Source: Tubulanus polymorphus (Eukaryota > Animalia > Nemertea). Taken from it: DNA of 64,000 nucleotides. Location: assembly GCF_964204645.1 (NCBI RefSeq), contig NC_134030.1, positions 21,784,210-21,848,209 on the forward strand, written 5' to 3'. A program made the position numbers and the translations under genes. The first letter of the stretch is position 1. The number at the start of each line of letters is the position of its first letter. Under the pieces are notes generated by a model. It saw only the letters and a list, made by a program, of their open reading frames with translations. It ran no database searches and was not told where the DNA came from. This document shows, in pieces, positions 45,834-60,800 of this stretch.

Positions 45834-48800
45834 ATGAGGAATCTATGGAGGAATCCGCAGAAGTGTTTAGTGATCTACGTGATTATACTGTTGAATCTCA
45901 TGGCGTACAACAACAGCCCACAAGCGTTTAGAGTCAAGAGAAATACAGGTAAGACAACGTGAAAGAACATATCATAGAGTATATATGGAAAATGTATTAC
46001 ATAAGATAAAACTTATCACCAGACTTTGGAAACTTGTATTTGAAATATCTGGGACAAAATGATAGTAGTTGAATAGTCCACTTGAACTGATACATTTACC
46101 TCGAATGAAAACCCACAATCTCTCAAGTGTTTACATTTTACCTTAAACATTTTAACTATTCAATAATTGTATTTTATCTTCTAAAACTCCATCTGCACTT
46201 GATTCTTATATCCGGGTTATGCGTCTCCACTACGCTCGCAACACGCCTTCAATGCTGAGTTTTCCGCAAAACCTGGGTTTTAGAAACCGTAGTTGAAAAA
46301 GAAGGGTCCACTCCTTATTCAACCACGTTCGCGTAAAACTTTTAGAATTTTTACTAGAAGTGTAGAAAGTAAACCCGCGCAACGATTGAACTTAAAATTG
46401 AACTACAGATTGGTAGAAATCCCACAATAAAATCAGCGAAAGAAATTGAAATCAGAATTCAGAATTCATTGTAAACGAGAATATATTTCGAGCAACGTTT
46501 CGGCTAAACACAACTATGAGCCAATCATCAGGCGTACCGATACACGAGATATATTTAACAAGATATTTATACAGAAAATGAACTGAAGAATGAGTGATCG
46601 AAGTTAAATACAGAGTAAAGTTATTCAAAACATAGACAAGGAAACAATAGTAGAAAGAGTTAAGCAACAGCAAACAGCAAACTAGGGGTAAAACGAGGAG
46701 GTAAATAAAACACAAAACCCGAAACTAAAACGAGGAGGTAAACCAGGGGGTAATCAAACAATGGCAAAAACATAACAAGGTTAATCAGAGAGTGAGGGGA
46801 AACAAAGAGGGCAGGATAGAAGGGAAAATTAATATAATGCGGGGACAGGTGAAGCGAGAAATTTTGAGATCAATAAGTTGTGGGGAAAATCGATATTCGA
46901 ATTGTGGCAATTTTCCAGATGTTCAATTATCAGAGCTGATTTCTTAACGTGTCGTTTGGTTTGATTGGGACAGGGACACCGCACGAATACGTTTGTTCAC
47001 TGACTTATGGCATATAATGTATATTTGATATTTCAGCACCTGATGGAGTTGTACTGGACAGTGTGAATGTATTACCGGGTACAAGAATATTACGTATATT
47101 GTGTATTTGATATTTCAGCACCTGATGGAGTTGTACTGGACAGTGTGAATGTATTACCGGGTACAAGAATATTACGTATATTGTGTATTTGATATTTCAG
47201 CACCTGATGGAGTTGTACTGGACAGTGTGAATGTATTACCGGGTACAAGAATATTACGTATATTGTGTATTTGATATTTCAGCACCTGATGGAGTTGTAC
47301 TGGACAGTGTGAATGTATTACCGGGTACAAGAATATTACGTATATTGTTTATTTGATATTTCAGCACCTGATGGAGTTGTATTGGACAGTGTGAATGTAT
47401 TACCGGGTACAAGAATATTACGTATATTGTGTATTTGATATTTCAGCACCTGATGGAGTTGTACTGGACAGTGTGAATGTATTACCGGGTACAAGAATAT
47501 TACGTATATTGTGTATTTGATATTTCAGCACCTGATGGAGTTGTACTGGACAGTGTGAATGTATTACCGGGTACAAGAATATTACGTATATTGTGTATTT
47601 GATATTTCAGCACCTGATGGAGTTGTACTGGACAGTGTGAATGTATTACCGGGTTCAAATATGTTACTGTCGCAGGAAGGTAAAACTGTTAGTATTACCT
47701 GTAAACAGAGCAGCGCTGCAGCGACTGGTGTAGCATTCCAGCTACAAGTGAATAATGGACCAGAAGGGACCTGGATTGCATTACCTTCAGAATCAGCACC
47801 AGTTTGGGTTTTTCAGCCCGATGCTCGTAAAATATATAAATGTGTGGCCATTAATTCAGCCGGAATTAAAGAAAGTCAAATCTACCAATCAGATGTAATT
47901 AGTGAGTATGCATCACTTATCAAATAATGCTGGGAAAATAGAAAAAAAGTTTCCTGTGCACATGTTATATTTTTTCGTGCATATAACTTTTATTTCAGGT
48001 ATAAAGATAAATGAAAACCCGTGTAAACTGCATGAATTCAAACCATCACTAACTTGTACTTGTAAAGCCACTAGTAAGATTGGTAATCCAATCATCAAAG
48101 TAAAATGGTATGCTGATGGATTTACTGAAGGTTCAACGGATATTGATCAGATTCCCGATCAAGGCGTAAATACTCCGGTGAAAGATGGAGTTATCAACAG
48201 GAATCAGATGCGGTTTAATTTAATGCTGTACGCAATATTGATTCAATGTCGGTTATGGAAGTATAATGGGATAGAGTTACCGAAACAAAAACTTCAAGAA
48301 CAAATACTACATCAAACTCCAATGAACGTTACGTGTAAGTTGGAGAATATTTTAATGAGAGAATTTTCATACGATATCAGAGTGACAATAATGCATGTTA
48401 CATCGTTTATTCTATTGGTAACTGCCCATAGTTGGAGATTTAAGAGTTACTATTTCATAACGACTGGTGATCATGCCTATGAAATTCTTTCGTTTTAATA
48501 TTTGGTTCCAAGAAGGTATTTCGAGTACTGAAGCGAATTGTTAATAATAACATTAAAAGGACTAGAATATGAATGTGCATGAATTTGCCTTTGAAATCGA
48601 ACCTACTAGAAAACGATTTCAAAAGTTCGTTTCTGTAACAATTGTCATCTTCGGGTATTCTTATGGCTATATCAGGGTTTTTTAATTTGTAATATGGGAC
48701 AAAGCTTCTTGAACCGGGACAATAGGATCACGCACAACTCACCAGAATAAAGGATTCTTTTCATGAGTGCGATAGATACGCCACCTATCGTTGATATGTA

Positions 48801-51800
48801 TCGTTGCAAAAACAAATAAACTATATTACAATATAATTATGTCGGGAGTTACACCGCTACATTTCCGTCGATTCTAATTTCGACGCCCTTGATAAACACA
48901 CATTCCTCGGTGCGCAAGTAATATTTTACCATGTTTTATGGACGGACGTTTTCTCGATTTTGCACCGATCAGTGAAATTGAAGTGGATAAACTTGATATC
49001 CTCCAAAAATATATTTGCATCTTTATCTTTCAGATTTTCCCGATGAAATTGAAACACCAGATACTTTCACCGGAGAACCTGACATTAGAAATGAAGGAGA
49101 AGTTGTAGAATATACTTGTAGAACAGTGATAGGAAGGCCCGATCCTACAGTGATATACCAACAGAAGAGAAGAGGTTCTGAACAATGGCAGCCAATTCCT
49201 GATCCACAACCTCAAAGAGTACCTGTCTTGGGGGGTTTTGACACGACGTACAAGTTCAAAGCTGATTTCAAACTGCACAATGGAACGTCATTTCGATGTG
49301 CTGTAAAGGAGAACCTTACATTTCCAGAACCTCAGCAATTTAATCCAATCATTGTTTATTGTAAGTAACAGTTTCTTTCTCGAATTCGAGAAATAAGTAA
49401 TTTTCCCTGCAACAATACAGACCCCAGTGGTAGTGCAGACCTATCCACACATATAGCATGTCACAATGTAACCATGCTAAGGAGGAACATGGCAGAATCT
49501 CATGATGTCATCAGGTTCAAATCCCTGCTAGGGAGGAACGTGACAGAGTCTCACGATGCCATCAAGTTCAAATCCCTGCTGAGGGAGGATGTGTCTACTA
49601 GGACAGGGGTTTGTACTGTGACAGAGTCTCACGATGCCATCAAGTTCAAATCCCTGCTGAGGGAGGATGTGTCTACTAGGACAGGGGTTTGTACTGTGAC
49701 AGAGTCTCACGATGTCTTCAGGTTCAAATCCCGTCTGAGGGAGGATGTGTCTACTAGGACAGGGGTTTGTACTGTGACAGAGTCTCACGATGTCATCAGG
49801 TTTGAATCCCTGCTGAGGGAGGATGTGTCTACTAGGACAGGGGTTTGTACTGTGACAGAGTCTCACGATGCCATCAAGTTCAAATCCCTGCTGAGGGAGG
49901 ATGTGTCTACTAGGACAGGGGTTTGTACTGTGACAGAGTCTCACGATGTCTTCAGGTTCAAATCCCGTCTGAGGGAGGATGTGTCTACTAGGACAGGGGT
50001 TTGTACTGTGACAGAGTCTCACGATGTCTTCAGGTTCAAATCCCGTCTGAGGGAGGATGTGTCTACTAGGACAGGGGTTTGTACTGTGACAGAGTCTCAC
50101 GATGCCATCAAGTTCAAATCCCTGCTGAGGGAGGATGTGTCTACTAGGACAGGGGTTTGTACTGTGACAGAGTCTCACGATGTCATCAGGTTCGAATCCC
50201 TGCCGAGGATGATGGGTCTACTATGACAGGGCTTAAGAACTGTGCTAGGTCAGATATAACTTTTACTAATGTTTTGTTTGTTTTTCAATCAGATTTTGCC
50301 GCACCAGTTTACAAGAAATCCAGTGAAAATGAAACAAATGCAGCGTATATTGTAACAGTTAATAGTTACCCATTGACTCAACAAGTTACATGTGACCCTC
50401 CAGCTGTCGTCCAAAAACTATCAAACTCTCAGTGGAATATAACGATACCTATCGTAAATAGTACCACAACTGACTATAGAGGGCGGTGTTTGGCTGACGG
50501 TATTAATGAAAGGGTTATTGATGTCGCTGGTTATCATCACGCCGGTCCAACTGATGAACCAGGTAAGATTCCGGGTCACGACTGGATGAATTTTACATGA
50601 ATTTGAAGATTCAAATGATTCAATTCCATGAAACATGATAAAACTCGAGGCCATCATCTCTTAACTCGAAATCATTTCTACACAATCAAACAATTTACTT
50701 ATGAAAGTCGTTATTTTTCAAAATTGTCACAAAACCTAAATTAATATATTTCAAAGTCTCAATTTACTAAGTCATTTGTCATTATTATTGGGTCTCATTT
50801 TACTAGGTGTAAGTCGTCATTCATTTAAAAAGCGTCACATACATACATATTACAAAAAAATAATTTTTGTATTTTACCTAAAGTGTAAATGATTTAGAAT
50901 AGTCAGCACAGCGGAGGAGTCTCGTGACGTCATCAGATTTTAAATCCGTGCGCGATGACGTAATTCTCTGTGTCGTCAGAATTGAGCGTTTTCTATTATT
51001 ATCTGTGAATTCATCACATTCAAATATTACACAATGATTTAGCATCTTTAACTTTCTATCTTGAGGCTGTTTGACTCAATCAAGGAACAATTAATTTTCT
51101 CCCATTTTAAAAACAACTTATTTACTTTATTCAGAGACTATTTGAGCTTTGAAATTAAGGAACAATTAATTTTTGTTTGACCTAGTTAATTATTCAATTC
51201 TCAATTGCTGTTATTTTTATCAATAGTTACAATGGAACTATTTCTAGCTTTATATAATTCAATTCAATCGCATCACCGATTAGTTTGAATTTCCGTTTCA
51301 GATGCAGGAAATGGAGGCAGAGTGGCTGGTGCTGTAATCGGTATACTGATATTACTGATTCTGATAATACTGTTTATACTGTGGCGTCGTGGCTGCTGTA
51401 AGTTTTACATAAAACCATCATTAAATCTTTAAAAAAAATAAACAAACTGCAGAAATGAAATACTGTATTAGGTGTAGAAAACCTAATGATGAACTGTGTA
51501 GCTGTGGAAATAGTTAGTTCTATAATATTTCATATACAGAATGCTAGAAATCCAAAAGTAGTGTACACAGCTGGAAGAATTCAGGGGTCCCAAGGTGGCC
51601 AGATACAGTTCATTCTCAATTATCTGTTCAAATTTTATTCATGCAATTGAATTCAAGAATGTTTGGAACTTAGTAGAACAGAATGTTATCATTTCTGGGA
51701 TTCAGCACGGGTTGGGTCGTAGTTTCAGATGGCTGCAAACGTGAAATGTGCTACGACCAAACATTCACCGGTTCCATAAAAATCATTTAGATGGAAACCG

Positions 51801-54800
51801 CCGCCATAGGTTTTCTTAGCCTCCAGGAGAAGCTACTATGTAACATCGTTCTCTTCACAAATAACGGTGTTTGAAAAAGTATCCATTTTATAATGTTTAG
51901 CATCATTCAACTTTCAATCAATTTTCTAGACACAATACGCGCATTATTCAGACCAGAATTTAGGTGCACGAGACGCATTAAAAATCTAAAGCCAGAATAT
52001 GCATAATGTTTATTTATTTTCGTCTGACATCGATCACTTATAGATCTGAATCAGTGCGGTCTAAATAAAACATCGTTTTTATATCTATTGTAAAATGCAG
52101 CATTAATTGAATTATCTAATGGCGAATGAATTACTCGTAGATGCACAGTCTTGGGTACAGGCTCGATACAAGTCACTGCGGGGTCATCAATCACCGTTGA
52201 TAGGTTAAGATTACTTGCCTACGTAGGTTCTGCATTTTCTCGTTGGGAAGTATCGTTAAGTTGTTGTGTGACGATAGTAATAAATTATCACATATGCCTA
52301 CCAGTTATCGGTAATGAAAACTTGCGTCCGGTTCCTTGTCCCAGTTACCATTTATTGCGAACTAGAAATTCCGTAAATCCGTGATTCCGAAATAGTACCG
52401 GAAACTCAAGAAAGTTATGCAGTATTATTGCTTCAATTATCTCATAGCATTAGTATCCATGACTATCTTTAGTGGGTGGCTCCAACAATATCCAAATCAC
52501 ACTGTTTCTTTATTGGGTTGATTTGTCAGGTGAACGTGCATCATGTTAACAAACAGTATTTCTGTTTTCTAATTTACAGTACCGCGTTTATGTCCGAAAT
52601 CTGAAGATGCGATTGAATTGTTGCGTTGGACAAGTGAAACCTGGTATGAAAAAGGTAAGATTCTCTCACATGATTTACTGCACATATTCTCAGATATCGG
52701 TTTGATAATTTTAGGTGTTGTTTTCTCTTTGTAGATCATGAGAATTGGGTGAAAACACGTGACCAACTGCAGCCAGGTACCTATTAACCCTATTTCTATG
52801 TAGAATATTTTGCATGAATACAGTTCATAGTTTTAGAAATCACCCAACTGTAAATGTCAATTTAAGTTTATGGTTTGTTAACAACGTAAGTTCTTGAAGA
52901 TTTCTTGAGAATTCTTTGATCAATTATGTTGATATTTCGTTTACATATTTATTTACCCTAGACACACATCTGTAGTCTTACTGGCGCATGCCTAGCGACC
53001 ATTGTTCTTAAAAGAAACCTCATGCACATTTTTGAAGTCTATGGGAAATTTCGAAGACATTTGGCTCATTTGTCTCGAGATCTGAAGTATACCCTGGACA
53101 AAACAACGTGCTCCGTAAAAAGACATTGGCTTGATCGAAATCAAGATGACTAATTTTCGATTTTCGTTTTCAAAAATCAGTACATTTTTGAAGTTTTCTA
53201 GAGAAATTTTGATAGAATCTATTTTTCTTGATGTTTGGTTTATACATGTATATACCCTAGATGTATCAACAGTTCTGAAAATGAATAGTTGGAATCAAGA
53301 CTGGCGGCTATTGTTACTCGGCAGGGCGGTTAAAACGACCCTCTTCTTTTTTTTACCAGGTCTAGAGGCTTTAAAAGATGGTCGTTTCTCAATATTTGTT
53401 TATTATGGAAATCTTCTTTCTGACCAGAAACTAGTCCATATTCACTTACGTGGAAATCCTGGACTTCACTTGTAGCAAGTGAGGATCCACCAGGTGCAAG
53501 GAGGCAATTCCTTGCTATTTTTAGAGTCTGACCTTTTCGTGAGAAAGAAGAAAAAGCATGTGAAAATCCCTGATAATGTGTTGGCCTAAGCGTTGTTGTC
53601 GTCGTTAATCGGCGCTTTTTTCGGCAATCCTCCAGTTCATGGTGTTTCATCGATTGTTCATTGCTGTGTTTGGTTGAATGACTGGACTGGTTCTGGGTCA
53701 GGCGTATAGTCTGATCGTGCCTAGAACGCGTCACCACGCATCTAATTTTAAAACGTTTTCCGCGGGAGGACGCCCACTAATTTAACCCCTCCCTCAAATC
53801 CTGGATCCGCCACGTAAAATGCGGCAATAGTGGATTCCCATTGAAAATAAACTATACGCGAGAAACGTTTTTAGATGTCGTCTTTTTTCATGTATATCTG
53901 TAGCTAATATTTGTGTTGTTTGTTTAACAGTTGAAACTGGAGACTTCGAGGTCATTGACAGGTTCAGTCCAGGTATATTAGATATTTATTGTGATTTCAT
54001 TTCAATCAAACAATATAAACTCAGATAATTCATCGATAAATCAACTACCTGTTTGTTAACATCGATGAATTCATTTCAAAAATCAATTTATTGTCAGTTT
54101 TTCTTTATAGAAATTGTTAGAATAATTGTCGATGTTTACGGAACTGAGAATGATTGGGAGTTAACGAGAGATAAGGATAAACAAGGTAAGAGGAGTGATG
54201 ACTCAGTTGCCAGGGTAAGTGTCAAACCGGCTGATTGGTTTGTTGCAACCCGGGGCCGGGTTTATAGACTGGTGTTAACTTTAAACCCGGGGGTTAATCT
54301 AATTAATTTTCAATTGAGTTAACCCCCTGGTTAAAGATAATACCAGTCTATAAAACCGGGTCCTGCATACAATACTGTACCGGAATATGACACTTCCCCG
54401 GGCCTCCTATCTTCATCCAACAGTAATTCAAACTGTTTGATGCACAGTTTATTCAAATATTGAAAAAAATGCTTTTTATATTTCATTTCAGAAAAAGCTA
54501 TCAGAGAATTCCTGTTCCAACAGTTATCACGTGATCAAAGTAAGTAATCGTTTACCTATAGTTTGTTTTAAGTTCATGTACGCTTGTGATGTATGTAAAC
54601 ATGCGCATGTGAGTTATGTGTACATGTACATGTGAGTAATGTGTACATGTACATGTGAGTAATGTGAACATGCACATGTGAGTAATGTGTGCATGTACAT
54701 TTGATTGATACATAGTAAGTTGTGAGTTGCGGAAACATGTTCATGTAAGTTAACATGCACATGTGATTTGTTTACGTGTTTTAAGTTAACACAAGTTTGA

Positions 54801-57800
54801 TCAATGTTTATATTTTCAGGTATGTTGGATTTGGTGAAGAAAATTCTAAGTAAGTACAAAATCTCATTATTTTTCTGACCTCTTCAACTCGAATCATGTC
54901 TCTAAATGTGTTTGTTATTATCTATTGACAGGAAAATACACGAGAATAAACAATTTAAAAACGAAACTATCAAATGAGATCGGTAAGAGTTGATTGAATA
55001 CAGTAATTGATGTAATGAGTTTATTGATTATTATTCTACTGTCAACTCATTTTGTAAATGTATTACAGATACATTACTGAACGAGAAGAGGTCAATAGAT
55101 GGCGCTGATGCAGTTTACAATAGAGATGAAGGTACCGTTATTATTTACTGTTCAAATGAAATATTCAGCATTGCTGATAGAAATGTAGCGAATTCTATTC
55201 AAGATGGCCGCTTGGCAGCCTTTTGGCAATAACCTGATAGAAGTGACCAGTTGGGAATTTGTAATATTTCAGTGTGTTATTTCGTGAAATGGAAAGTTAC
55301 TCTCATGCCATTTTTGCCTAAATTCGTACCATTTTTGACAAATTGGATGCATCAAAAGTTGAGAGGGAAATTTCATCTTAAACGTATCAGACTAGAGCTT
55401 CAGAAATAATCAAGTTACAACAAAATAATCAGATTTACATTTGTTATTTAAGAAATAAGACTGATGTGATATAAACTAGGGGTAATGATACAGCATGAAA
55501 CAGAATTTCAATTGAACTAATTTCAAATCTATTTTTTCCGTGTTACAGATGAAATTCGTGTTAATTTTATGACGCAATTGAATGAAGAGAAAAGACCCCT
55601 GACAAACAAAGAGAAAGAGTTCATCAGAGATGGTCAGTAAAACTATGAATTCGGTCTGAGTTCAATTTTCACATGTAGTTGACTACACAGGGTTACCACG
55701 AGTCTTAAGAGTGTTTAAAGAACTTACTGGCGAAAATGGCTTACTTTTTGGAAAAAGTAGTGATTTACTGTGTCGCTGCCGTTTAGGATTTATCTGTATT
55801 TATCGATTTGCAAAATAAAACGAGCGCCTGTGAATCACACTGAGCTTTTTTTCGTAGGTTTCAAATCCCCAGTAAATGTTTATAATGAATTTCTATATTT
55901 TCAGTTGCTTCATCAGTTGTATATATTGTTGATTTCTTTGCTAAAATGTCCGGTAGGTTCCATAAATCATTTCAGTAAAAATACTGTGGAGTTTGTTGTG
56001 GAATTATTGAATAATTGATTGTGTTTATTTTTACTGTAGATGCGGAATTATGTGAACGAGGAATATCCAACATTAAACGTAGGTTTTAATTCTCATTTTA
56101 TCCTCAAATGTTTATAAATACATGTGCTCTATAATCTTCTTTACATGTGCATGTGAGTTCTCTGTAAATGTCCATGTTAGTTTTGTGAAGGATTTGTGAG
56201 TTCTGTGGTAAAAACCTTTACTTTATATTTCAGCTACTGTTGAAATTGTTGGTAAGTTGTAATATTCACTATGATGTTTAAACTGGTGCTGAGGCTGTTC
56301 AATTATAACTGAAATATCACTGTATCTTTTTATAGGTAAGTTTGTGAAGGAAACACTTCAAACAGAAGTTAAACAACAGAATGGTGAGTGTTCAGTTAAT
56401 CTATCATTTCCTCCCTGAAAACTGTAATCTGATTACAAATTAAACATATTTTGTCTAATTACAGAAAACGTCGTTACACAAATAGAAAACCAGAAAGTAA
56501 CTGATGAAACAAAGAGAGGTTTGTTATACAATAAACTGATTATCATAATTTATCCATAATTTATTCAGATGTTGTTAATATTGAACTATTTACCGGTACT
56601 GAAAAAATGTAGGTACAAATTAACCCGCAATAGTGAATAATAGGCCCGAATAATAGAAACTGTCTTTATGGTTGGTATTACAGAATTGGGAGTGGCCGAC
56701 CGGGACCGTTTTGTGAACAAAGATATTTGTGGTAAGACTGAAAATGTTGTTCTTTTCTTATTTTTCATGCTAATTACAAATCGTTTCGTTAATGAGAAAT
56801 CCAAGGTACAATTAAGCCAGCTGGACCCAGGTAATGTGAACAACTGGCAACGTTGTCAAAATTCATCCGCTTTGTGGGAAATTAAAGGTTTCATAAGACC
56901 CGGTTAATCCAGATGTATTTGGATGAAATTCTAGTTTAAACTGATCTAATCAATATTTATGTTATTCTATCCATGTATTCATTTGTAGAATCAGTTTTAT
57001 CGGAGTCAAGTTTGCAGAAATTAGAAGAGAACAAACATTCTACAGAACTAGATAAAAGTAAGTTTAAACTTTCCTTGTCCCTAGAACTAAATTTACCGAG
57101 TATTTGATGACCATGAATTGAAGATGAAATTTATCGATGTCATCAGATTATCAGAAGCATCTGTTATGATTCAGAGCCGAGTTTTAAGTGGTGTTAAACT
57201 AAGAATGTATCTCGACAGTTTGTGTCGATAATCTTCAGACCGAGTTCGAATCATAGCTTGAAGAAACCATGTTTTGATTGTTATGCATACATCACATGGG
57301 GTGGCTCTGAGAATATCCAAATCATATCATCATAAGATGCTAGCTGAGGGTGATTTTTGTCAAAATCCTGCATTATGGGAAATGATTTTGTGATAAGTTT
57401 ATTTCGTTGTTTAACTATATTTTCAGGTATTTATGAAATAAGTCGAGATGTTTTAGGTGAGAACTAAATAGTACTAACAAACTATAAATATCGTGGTCTA
57501 GGGTCGAGAGCAGACGCTTTAAAAGACATTTCTAGCGGACAAACTCTTAATTTCACTGATAAAAACTTGTTGGATTTAATTTTTATCAGATATTTGAAAA
57601 GAGGTTCAAAATAGCAGTGTTGATTTTCAGCAGCAGTTGATGCTGTGTTGAAATCATGAATTATATTCTTTTTTTCAGAAATCAAATTGAAAATCGCAGT
57701 TTTCAAATCTATCAAAGGTAAGAAGTCTATGTATGGATTGCATCAGAATCAGCCGGGTTTATTCCATCATTTGCCAAGATTCAACCTGAGCTCAATTTGT

Positions 57801-60800
57801 TTTCTGAGAACTCAATTTCAGTTCTGATGTCATTTTCCTGGTAATTTATCTTCAAGAATCACTTTTAGAATTATACGCTGGACGAGCTGAAAGATTTCTG
57901 AAAGAACTCAAAGAGAAACTGAAACAAGAGGAAAATGAAGAGAGAAAAAATGAGGAGGAAATGAACAGAATAATTCACAGTTCAGTTTGTCAGGCGTTTA
58001 AATATATCACTGATATGAATGAAAGTAAATATCGATTTTATATCTCAAATTATACATGCACTTAACATGTCACATATTATGTGTGAATGAATACACATGT
58101 AACATGTTCATGTGAATGAATACACATATAACATGCTACATGTTACATGTGAATGAATGCGCATGTTACATGTTCATGTAAATTAATGCACATGTTGCAT
58201 GTTTAGTTCTCTGATATATTTCAGAAACTCTGATGGATAATAAAGTTGTAGGATATGGAGGTTTGTAAATAGTTCAATCACAAACCAGTTTTCAACGTAA
58301 ATAATCTGTTTGATTTTCTCTATTTATATTTCAGTGAGTCCAGAAGAGATAAGTGAGTTCTGATTGATATTTATAAATATTCTCAGTACAGTAGACTGCG
58401 CGCTTGCCTCTGATTTCATGTTGTAATTCGTCATATTTACCTGTTTATAAGTTGCAGTGATTTTCTATATTGATAGATTCTAAACTACATGAATTTGCCG
58501 ATAAAGAGTTTGAAGACAGAAAAGGTACCGTACACATTACAAAGTGTGATGATGCTTGAATGGATTGTTTTGATATCGGTTACCCTAGATCCGGGTGTCG
58601 TACATAGAAAGCAAGCTAACCAGTAGACCATGGGCGTATAAATTAGTCTAGTTTATACGCTCATGAGTAGACCAATAGAACTGTTTAGTGTTTATACAGC
58701 TTGTCCTATATGCGGAACGCTGTGACCTTTTTTGAGCCCAAAAAGTTCATTTTTGCCCTGAATTCCGAGACCTGTAGCTTCCGAATGGTTTGCCATTTTT
58801 CATTGAAATTCGTTATGGATATTTTTCGAAGGGCTCTTAAACATATCAGATGGGCTGACGTTGAATAATGGAATTTAGTAATGTTTTAAATTTTATTGAT
58901 GTTTATGATCAATGTTTATTACAGTCGGTATAAAGACACTTGAAGAAATATTGCCTCTAAAACTGAATATACCGGACCAACTCAGCACTGGTAAGTGACT
59001 ACACTGAAACTGGATGTTTGAATTGAAATTCAATACAGTAAACTTTAAATTTGTCGAGAATCAGGAAAATCGGTTTATCACAAACTTAAGGAATCTTTAT
59101 TTGAATTTAATCTAATTTGTAGACTTGTATGCAGGACGAGATCCAGTTATTCTGCCGGATCGAGCAGGTATTGTATAAGTCCGTAAAAAACTTAAGATAA
59201 CCAGTTTAATTCCATTCCATAATCATGCCGTTATCAAACGCCAACATATCTCAGGGAATAAATCCCGCAAATCTAAATTCAGTGGAAATACCATTCTTTA
59301 TAATACCTTGTACTTCATCGGTCCCAACTGTTGCATCATGAAGGACTTTCACTGTGAACAAAATTTGAGTTTTTTAAGAGCATTAGCCTGAAATATTCTG
59401 CAACTGATCTTTGTCCCTGTAAGGACGATTAATTCTTCTAAGTTCTTGTAACGAATCCTTAAACTGCTCGTTATTAAAACCAGAAAATGCTCTTCCGTCA
59501 TATACCTAATTGTGAGGTTAAGGCCCTGATAATGGTGTTCTAACCCTGGTTTACTGGTATTTTTAATGTCAAAATGCAAACTTAAAGCAATAACGGTTTT
59601 AAAATGAAACCGCACTCAATGAATGTTGTGTCTATGTTTGCTGTTTTTATATGAATTTCAGTGGAATATTTCAAGGAAGAATTCATTATTGCAATACAAT
59701 CTGATGAATCATTAAAAACTGCTACTCGAACTGCTTTAGTTAACAGTAAGTTACATCTACAGTAAACTACATTTACATCTACAACAAACTACATTTACAT
59801 CTACAGTAAACTACATTTAATACATCTACAATCAACAATTAGATACATTTATTCACTATGATTGTCAATCATAGAAACTTGTTTGTGGTTTTTTTAGAAC
59901 CAAGTAAAATCAACGATTTGTTGAGGAAAGAAAAGTCGAATGGTAAAATTATTTGATGAAATGTGGATAATTTGTTTGTTTTCACGAACCGAAAAATAAT
60001 TCAAACGTTTTTCTTCTATTTCTTAGTTAATAGAATTTATGGTGAAGTGAAAAAGAGAATAGAATCAATGTCTACAGGTTTGGATTTTAATGATTTTCTA
60101 TCAATTCTTGCATTTAAATGTCGGATATATTTCGATCCTCGTGTTGAGGTTTCTTTTCATAAAGCATATTATAATATATCATATTTCGCATAACGAAGTG
60201 GCTACTCGTACGAATAATTCCGTAGGCTATTCGTATGCACCCGTCGGATAACTCTGGAATTATGTGTTCGGGAAGGGATAGGGTTAGGGTAAGGTGAGGC
60301 TATATGTAGTTAAAACATTCGACCGACCGTCAGCGAGCTCGGTGGTCTAGTGGTACGATGCCGGCTAGTAATTTACTAGCCCGGGTTCGAGTCTCGCTCA
60401 ATCCGCTCTATTTTTCTCTAACTCTATTCTCCACACTTTCCTTGAATTTTCTAAGTCGTGCACCTCTGTACGCATGCGCGGCGTTAATCGGCCAATCAGC
60501 GACAGTTATTAGCGTACAGATCCTAGTCCCGTACGAATAGTCTCCAGAGTAATCCGTACGGGTCCGTACGAGTAGCCACAGCGTTCTCATAAACATGTCA
60601 TATCATATTATAAACCACTAGCATATACAATAATAATATATAAAATGTGATTTTGAAGGTGATGAGTTTTGTTTTACTTTTTATCACGGATTGATTCATT
60701 GCTGAATTTACGTTATTATTTCTATTTGTGATTTCAGAGGAATTAAATGAACGAGGAATCGTAGTTTATAGAAGTGAGTAAAAGTCAATTTGTCTGATTT

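Noticed and set aside
49474-50226. 250-aa and 216-aa repetitive ORFs
   Set aside because: 78-bp (3n) minisatellite inside the Ig3-Ig4 intron; not conserved in copy 1.
60335-60400. Possible functional tRNA gene (also the minus-strand heads at ~770-830 and ~1260-1320)
   Set aside because: A and B boxes are present, but I could not fold a complete cloverleaf and they sit within repeated elements; treated as SINE-derived.
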